Source: Flavobacteriaceae bacterium (GTDB lineage: Bacteria; Bacteroidota; Bacteroidia; Flavobacteriales; Flavobacteriaceae). Taken from it: a stretch of DNA of 64,000 nt. Of the stretch, positions 58,939-64,000 are shown piece by piece. How positions within the stretch are numbered: the first letter of the stretch is position 1; the number at the start of each line of letters is the position of its first letter. The notes beneath the pieces were generated by a model that worked only from the letters and a program-made list of their open reading frames with translations, had not been told where the DNA came from and made no database searches. The translations under genes and the position numbers were made by a program. The stretch is taken from contig CAXQVI010000017.1 of NCBI GenBank assembly GCA_964227255.1, forward strand, positions 5,840 through 69,839, given 5' to 3'.

Positions 58939-59891
58939 CAGTCCTTTACTTTTATTATATTTTGCCGTTCTCGGTTGACTATAAGTTGAGTCACATCCGG
59001 TCGTGAATAATGTCCGGTCGGATCAAAATTCTGTCGTTCTTCAAGGACTTTTGTGTGGTCAATTACTGCAGTTAGCAAAACTTCTTTGTCAATCACGGGT
59101 TCAATTATAAATTCTCCATCTGGTCCGACTAAACAAGAACCTCCGTTGGCGTGAATTTCTTTGGTCTTGCTTTCAATCAAGGCCGAATGCGGAACAAAGT
59201 CAGTAACATCCTGTTTTCTGAACAAACCGGAAACTGAAATAACAAATGAACGGGATTCTTTCGCAATAAACTTCGTTAAATCATAAGTATTATGAAGTCC
59301 ACCAGGCCAAACAGCCACATGTAAATCTTCTCCCATTCCATACAAAGCTGTCCTCGATAAAGGCATCCAGTTTTCCCAACAATTCAATGCTCCAACTGTA
59401 AATGGTCCTAATGGCTGAACTCTCAAACCATGTCCGTCGCCAGGCGACCACGATAAGCGTTCTTCATAAGTCGGCATTAACTTTCTATGCACATTTTGAA
59501 TGTTTCCTTCTTTGTCGATATAAACTAGCGAACAATATATACTATGATTCCCTCTGTTGGCTCCTAATTCAATAGTTCCAACAATTGCAGCACAGTTATT
59601 TCTTGAGCATGCTTTCTGAATCAAATCCAAATCTCCTTTTTCAATCTGAACTGCCTGTTGCAAATAATGAGCGTGCAATTCCTTTTGTAACTGCGAATTG
59701 AATTTGGCTCCATCGGTTAATTCAATCCAAAAAGGGTAGCCAGGAATTAGTGCTTCTCCAAAGGTAACGAGATCACAATTTTCATCACCTGCTTTGTCTA
59801 TATAAGAAGCTACTTTTTCAATAGTTTTCTCTTTGTTTAACCAAATTGGAGCTATTTGTGCGAGTCCGACTTTAATAATGGAAGAATTCAT
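58938..59891 (-). CDS. nitrilase (carbon-nitrogen hydrolase superfamily, branch 1-like)
   Basis: Glu-Lys-Cys triad contexts FGEALIPGYP, HRKLMPT and LNCWENWMP. Confidence 0.88.
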   Translation of the reverse strand: MNSSIIKVGLAQIAPIWLNKEKTIEKVASYIDKAGDENCDLVTFGEALIPGYPFWIELTDGAKFNSQLQKELHAHYLQQAVQIEKGDLDLIQKACSRNNCAAIVGTIELGANRGNHSIYCSLVYIDKEGNIQNVHRKLMPTYEERLSWSPGDGHGLRVQPLGPFTVGALNCWENWMPLSRTALYGMGEDLHVAVWPGGLHNTYDLTKFIAKESRSFVISVSGLFRKQDVTDFVPHSALIESKTKEIHANGGSCLVGPDGEFIIEPVIDKEVLLTAVIDHTKVLEERQNFDPTGHYSRPDVTQLIVNRERQNIIKVKD

Positions 59892-59996
59892 AGATATTTA
59901 GTTGGTTTCAATCAAAGATACATTTTTAATCAATCTAAATTTAGGCCTTACACTTACAATTAAAAATTGTAAATTTGCCACACAATTAGAGAGTGC

Positions 59997-61073
59997 ATGT
60001 TAGATAAATTACAAATAGTAAAACAGAGATTCGACGAGATTTCAGACCTCATTATTCAACCGGATATTATCGCTGATCAAAAGCGTTATGTGCGAATTAA
60101 CAAGGAATACAAAGACCTTGGGAATGTGATGAAGGTGAAAGAAGAGTACGAAGGACTCTTGAATAATATAGCTGAAGCGAAAGAGATTATTGCAGATGGT
60201 TCAGATCCTGAAATGACAGAAATGGCAAAGATGGAGCTGGATGAGGCACAGGCTAAAATTCCTGAATTGGAAGAGAAAATCAAATTCATGTTGATTCCGA
60301 AAGACCCTGAAGATTCGAAGAATGCAGTAGTTGAATTGCGTGCTGGAACTGGAGGTGATGAAGCGAGTATCTTTGCAGGTGATTTGTTCAGAATGTATAC
60401 CAAGTATTGTGAGAGCAAAGGCTGGAAAGTTTCTACAGTTGATTTTAGTGAAGGAACGAATGGTGGATTTAAAGAAATTCAGTTCGAAGTTTCGGGAGAA
60501 GATGTTTACGGAGATTTAAAATATGAAGCAGGTGTGCACCGTGTGCAACGTGTTCCACAAACAGAAACTCAAGGTCGTGTTCATACATCTGCTGCGACTT
60601 GTATGGTATTCCCGGAAGCTGAAGAGTTTGATGTGGAAATCAATCCAAAAGATGTGCGTATCGATTTCTTCTGTTCATCTGGACCTGGAGGGCAGTCGGT
60701 AAACACTACATATTCTGCAGTACGTTTAACACATATTCCAACTGGATTGGTTGCGCAATGTCAGGATCAAAAATCTCAGCACAAGAATAAAGAGAAAGCC
60801 TTTAAGGTTTTACGCTCGAGATTGTATGATTTGGAGTTAGCGAAGAAGCAGGAAGCGGATGCTGCCAAAAGAGGTTCTATGGTTACTTCAGGAGACCGAT
60901 CGGCTAAGATTCGTACATATAATTATCCGCAAGGACGTGTAACAGATCATCGCATTGGGTTGACCTTATACGATTTGCAGAACATTATCAATGGTGATAT
61001 TCATAAAATTATTGAAGAGTTGAAACTAGCTGAAAATTCGGAGAAGCTTAAAGAACTCGGAGAAGTTTTATAG
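59997..61073 (+). CDS. prfA: peptide chain release factor 1
   Basis: GGQ motif SGPGGQSVN, a P-x-T-type codon-recognition tripeptide ([10 protein letters not shown]), and an RF1-type N-terminus. Confidence 0.95.
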   Translation: MLDKLQIVKQRFDEISDLIIQPDIIADQKRYVRINKEYKDLGNVMKVKEEYEGLLNNIAEAKEIIADGSDPEMTEMAKMELDEAQAKIPELEEKIKFMLIPKDPEDSKNAVVELRAGTGGDEASIFAGDLFRMYTKYCESKGWKVSTVDFSEGTNGGFKEIQFEVSGEDVYGDLKYEAGVHRVQRVPQTETQGRVHTSAATCMVFPEAEEFDVEINPKDVRIDFFCSSGPGGQSVNTTYSAVRLTHIPTGLVAQCQDQKSQHKNKEKAFKVLRSRLYDLELAKKQEADAAKRGSMVTSGDRSAKIRTYNYPQGRVTDHRIGLTLYDLQNIINGDIHKIIEELKLAENSEKLKELGEVL

Positions 61074-61093
61074 AAATGAAAAATATAAAAGGA

Positions 61094-61122
61094 AAGGCAA
61101 GATTTGATTCTTGCCTTTTTTT
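61094..61122 (+). terminator. intrinsic terminator after prfA
   Basis: AAGGCAAGA-tttgat-TCTTGCCTT followed by a T-run. Confidence 0.7.
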
Positions 61123-61170
61123 ATGCGTGAAATCATAGTATCTTTGCGCACTTGAAAAAAAGATAGAACA

Positions 61171-62802
61171 ATGATTACAGTTAATGATGTTTCGGTGCAG
61201 TTTAGCGGGACCGATTTATTTAATGGAGTGAATTTCTCAATCAATGAAAATGACAGAATTGCATTAATGGGAAAGAATGGCGCTGGGAAATCCACCTTAA
61301 TGAAAATAATAGCAGGAGTTGTTAAACCAACTACTGGAAATGTTTCAGCTCCAAAGGATACAAAAATCGCCTACCTCCCGCAGCATCTGTTGACTAAAGA
61401 TGATTGCACTGTAATTGAAGAGACATCAAAAGCATTCGCAGGTATCCTCGCTATGAAAGTGCGTATGGATGTGATTAATGAAGAATTGACTGTAAGAACT
61501 GATTACGAGTCTGATGCATATATGAAGCTGATTGAGGAGGTGACTGAAATAAGTGAAAAGTATTATGCTGTTGAAGAAATCAATTATGAAGCTGAAGCTG
61601 AAAAAGTTTTAAAGGGACTTGGGTTTGAACGTGAAGATTTCAACCGTTCCACATCAGAGTTCTCAGGAGGTTGGCGCATGCGAATTGAACTGGCTAAAAT
61701 CATTCTCCAGAATCCGGATTTGATTTTATTGGATGAGCCAACAAACCACATTGATATTGAATCTGTGCAATGGCTGGAAGATTTCTTGATTAATTCGGCT
61801 AAAGCTGTGATTGTGATTTCGCACGATAGAGCCTTTGTAGATAATATTACCAATAGAACGATTGAAGTGACTATGGGAAGGATCTATGATTACAAAGCAA
61901 ACTATACTCATTATCTGGAATTGAGAAAGGACAGAAGAGCACATCAGCAAAAAGCTTATGATGAGCAACAAAAAATGATTGCTGAAACAAGGGAGTTTAT
62001 TGAACGATTCAAAGGGACGTATTCGAAAACCAACCAGGTACAATCCAGAGTGCGTATGTTGGAAAAGTTAAAACTCGTTGAGGTTGATGAGGTTGATACT
62101 TCTGCTTTAAAAATTAAGTTTCCTCCAGCACCCAGAAGCGGACAGTATCCGGTTGTGGTAAATGAATTGGCTAAATCTTACGGTAACCATGTGGTTTTTG
62201 AACATGCTAATGTGGTTATTGAAAGAGGGCAGAAGATAGCATTCGTCGGAAAAAATGGAGCAGGTAAATCGACCTTGATTAAAGCCATTATGAAGGAAGT
62301 TGATTTTGAAGGCTCACTGGAAATCGGACATAATGTGAAAATCGGATATTTTGCGCAGAACCAGGCGTCGTTATTGGATGAGAGTCTGACAGTCTTTGAA
62401 ACCATTGATCAAATCGCAGTTGGAGATATCAGGACAAAAATCAAAGATTTACTGGGAGCTTTTATGTTTGGAGGAGAGCAAAGTACTAAAAAAGTGAAAG
62501 TGCTTTCAGGAGGGGAGAAAACCCGTTTGGCTATGATTAAATTGTTGTTAGAGCCAGTGAACTTGTTGATTTTGGATGAACCAACGAACCACTTGGATAT
62601 GAGAACGAAGGACATTATCAAAGATGCATTAAGGGTATTTGATGGGACGCTAATATTGGTGTCGCATGACCGTGATTTCTTAGATGGTTTGGCTGAAAAA
62701 GTTTTTGAATTTGGTCATGGAAAAGTTAAAGAGCACTTCGAGGATATTACGAGTTTTATGGAGAACAAAAGACTCGGGAATTTAAGAGAAATCGAAAAGT
62801 AG
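61171..62802 (+). CDS. ABC-F family ATPase (two NBDs, no TMD)
   Basis: Two Walker A motifs (GKNGAGKST twice), signatures FSGGWRMR and LSGGEKTR, and a charged linker between the NBDs. Confidence 0.92.
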   Translation: MITVNDVSVQFSGTDLFNGVNFSINENDRIALMGKNGAGKSTLMKIIAGVVKPTTGNVSAPKDTKIAYLPQHLLTKDDCTVIEETSKAFAGILAMKVRMDVINEELTVRTDYESDAYMKLIEEVTEISEKYYAVEEINYEAEAEKVLKGLGFEREDFNRSTSEFSGGWRMRIELAKIILQNPDLILLDEPTNHIDIESVQWLEDFLINSAKAVIVISHDRAFVDNITNRTIEVTMGRIYDYKANYTHYLELRKDRRAHQQKAYDEQQKMIAETREFIERFKGTYSKTNQVQSRVRMLEKLKLVEVDEVDTSALKIKFPPAPRSGQYPVVVNELAKSYGNHVVFEHANVVIERGQKIAFVGKNGAGKSTLIKAIMKEVDFEGSLEIGHNVKIGYFAQNQASLLDESLTVFETIDQIAVGDIRTKIKDLLGAFMFGGEQSTKKVKVLSGGEKTRLAMIKLLLEPVNLLILDEPTNHLDMRTKDIIKDALRVFDGTLILVSHDRDFLDGLAEKVFEFGHGKVKEHFEDITSFMENKRLGNLREIEK

Positions 62803-62813
62803 ATTTCGGATAT

Positions 62814-62850
62814 AAAAAAGGAAAAGCCCAATCTTTCGATTGGGCTTTTT
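62814..62850. terminator. bidirectional intrinsic terminator
   Basis: 11-bp stem AAAGCCCAATC / GATTGGGCTTT flanked by A- and T-runs, between convergent genes. Confidence 0.75.
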
Positions 62851-62872
62851 ATATAAGCAAGAATATTAAAAT

Positions 62873-63217
62873 TTATTTTACTGAATCAACAACTGCCTTA
62901 AAAGCTTCTGGGTTGTTCATTGCTAAATCTGCAAGAACCTTACGGTTCAATTCGATGTTGTTAGCTTTAACAGCTCCCATAAACTGTGAGTAAGACATTC
63001 CATACTGACGTGCTCCCGCGTTGATACGTTGGATCCACAATGCACGGAAAGTTCTCTTTTTGTTTTTACGATCTCTATAAGAATATAACATTCCTTTTTC
63101 GACCGCGTTTTTAGCTACTGTATAAACGTTTTTTCTACGTCCAAAGTAACCTTTTGCTTGCTTCAATATCTTTTTTCTTTTAGCTCTTGAAGCGACTGAA
63201 TTTACTGATCTTGGCAT
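62873..63217 (-). CDS. rplT: 50S ribosomal protein L20
   Basis: [30 protein letters not shown] is the canonical L20 N-terminus. Confidence 0.97.
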   Translation of the reverse strand: MPRSVNSVASRAKRKKILKQAKGYFGRRKNVYTVAKNAVEKGMLYSYRDRKNKKRTFRALWIQRINAGARQYGMSYSQFMGAVKANNIELNRKVLADLAMNNPEAFKAVVDSVK

Positions 63218-63310
63218 AATTTCAATGTTTTTTTGTAGTAGGCGATAAACTAAATTATACTTGTGGGTGCACTACTCCAAGGTTAATAATTAAATTCCCT
63301 AGTAACTTTA

Positions 63311-63508
63311 TTATTTTAAAGTTAACTGTTGTAAAATGTTAGCCTGGTCTGATTTATGTACTAAACCGTCGTGAGTTAACTTTAATTTACGTTTTTTGCT
63401 TTTTTTAGTCAAAATGTGACTTTTAAAAGCGTGTTTTCTTTTAATTTTTCCAGAACCGGTTAGCTTAAAACGCTTTTTGGCACTAGATTTTGTTTTCATT
63501 TTAGGCAT
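63311..63508 (-). CDS. rpmI: 50S ribosomal protein L35
   Basis: [36 protein letters not shown] is the canonical L35 sequence. Confidence 0.95.
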   Translation of the reverse strand: MPKMKTKSSAKKRFKLTGSGKIKRKHAFKSHILTKKSKKRKLKLTHDGLVHKSDQANILQQLTLK

Positions 63509-63545
63509 CTTTCTTCGACTTTTTTTATCCTGCTTATAATCCTTT

Positions 63546-64000
63546 TTACTTTTTCTTAGGAGCGATATACATAATCATACGCTTCCCTTCTAACTTAGGC
63601 ATTTGTTCAACCTTTCCGAAATCTTCCAAATCTTGTGCCAATCTTAATAATAAAATGTGACCTTGATCTTTGTAAATGATTGAACGACCTTTAAAAAATA
63701 CAAATGCTTTAAGTTTTGCTCCTTCTTGAAGGAACTTAATTGCGTGCTTCTTCTTGAATTCGTAATCGTGTTCGTCTGTGTTAGGTCCGAATCTAATTTC
63801 TTTTACAACAACTTTAGAAGCTTTTGCTTTTTGAGCTTTTTCACGTTTCTTTTGTTCGTAAAGAAACTTCTTATAATCAATAATTTTACAAACCGGAGGA
63901 ACTGCTTTAGGTGAAATTTCAACTAAATCTAATTCTTGTTCTCTGGCTAAGGATCTCGCTTTCGAAATTGGATATACACCAACTTCAATGTTATCTCCTA
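63546..64000 (-). CDS. infC: translation initiation factor IF-3, C-terminal ~151 codons (5' end beyond window)
   Basis: My own reverse-strand translation gives ...[47 protein letters not shown]...[48 protein letters not shown]...[10 protein letters not shown]. The order infC-rpmI-rplT is the classical one. Confidence 0.9.
   Translation of the reverse strand, partial: GDNIEVGVYPISKARSLAREQELDLVEISPKAVPPVCKIIDYKKFLYEQKKREKAQKAKASKVVVKEIRFGPNTDEHDYEFKKKHAIKFLQEGAKLKAFVFFKGRSIIYKDQGHILLLRLAQDLEDFGKVEQMPKLEGKRMIMYIAPKKK

Noticed and set aside
56820-59891. AIR-synthase-like gene next to a nitrilase, reminiscent of the Nit1C nitrilase gene cluster.
   Set aside because: The AIR synthase homologue is convergent to the nitrilase operon and looks like the ordinary long Bacteroidota PurM. 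The other Nit1C members (radical SAM, acetyltransferase, flavoprotein) are absent.
63726-63914. 62-aa plus-strand ORF near the right edge.
   Set aside because: The opposite strand here translates cleanly into the C-terminal two thirds of IF-3, directly upstream of rpmI-rplT. The plus-strand ORF is a shadow.

Overview
This is an AT-rich 64-kb chromosomal segment that reads like the core genome of a Flavobacteriia-type Bacteroidota. The evidence is a fused SecDF, a fused ResB-CcsA (CcsBA), divergent type II and type III glutamine synthetases, a LysM protein after guaA, TAnnTTTG -7 boxes in front of many genes, and hairpin+T-run terminators after most transcription units. I support 55 protein-coding regions, one tRNA-Arg(ACG), about 20 intrinsic terminators and a few operator-like repeats. 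Two of the CDS are cut by the window edges: lysS on the left and infC on the right. One CDS is a 33-codon mini-ORF that is absent from the ORF track. Almost everything is housekeeping: obg, hpt/adk, secDF, fhs, mdh, gyrB, guaA, asnB, icmF, hutU, pyrF, tpiA, prmA, clpS, glnII/glnN, purM, prfA and infC-rpmI-rplT. I see no rRNA, CRISPR array, transposase, integrase, prophage or recognisable defence genes, so I cannot honestly point to a large novel system. Six things are most worth a second look. (1) An unannotated 33-aa peptide with 11 Cys in repeated N-C-x-C units lies directly upstream of a SigZ-type ECF sigma factor. That sigma carries its own CC-x19-C-x2-C tail and has no anti-sigma gene beside it. 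(2) hpt and adk are fused in frame. (3) Two paralogous BlaI-BlaR1 modules each have tandem AACTA-N6-TAGTT palindromes abutting the -7 box. (4) Two promoter-to-terminator units of about 100-120 nt contain no ORF and are candidate sRNAs. (5) Nitrilase, a 100-aa membrane protein and an ABC ATPase are translationally coupled. (6) TAGGGG/CCCCTA and GTCTAAATG motifs repeat between the divergent glnII and glnN genes. All functional calls come from reading the supplied translations and motifs by eye. No database search was run.
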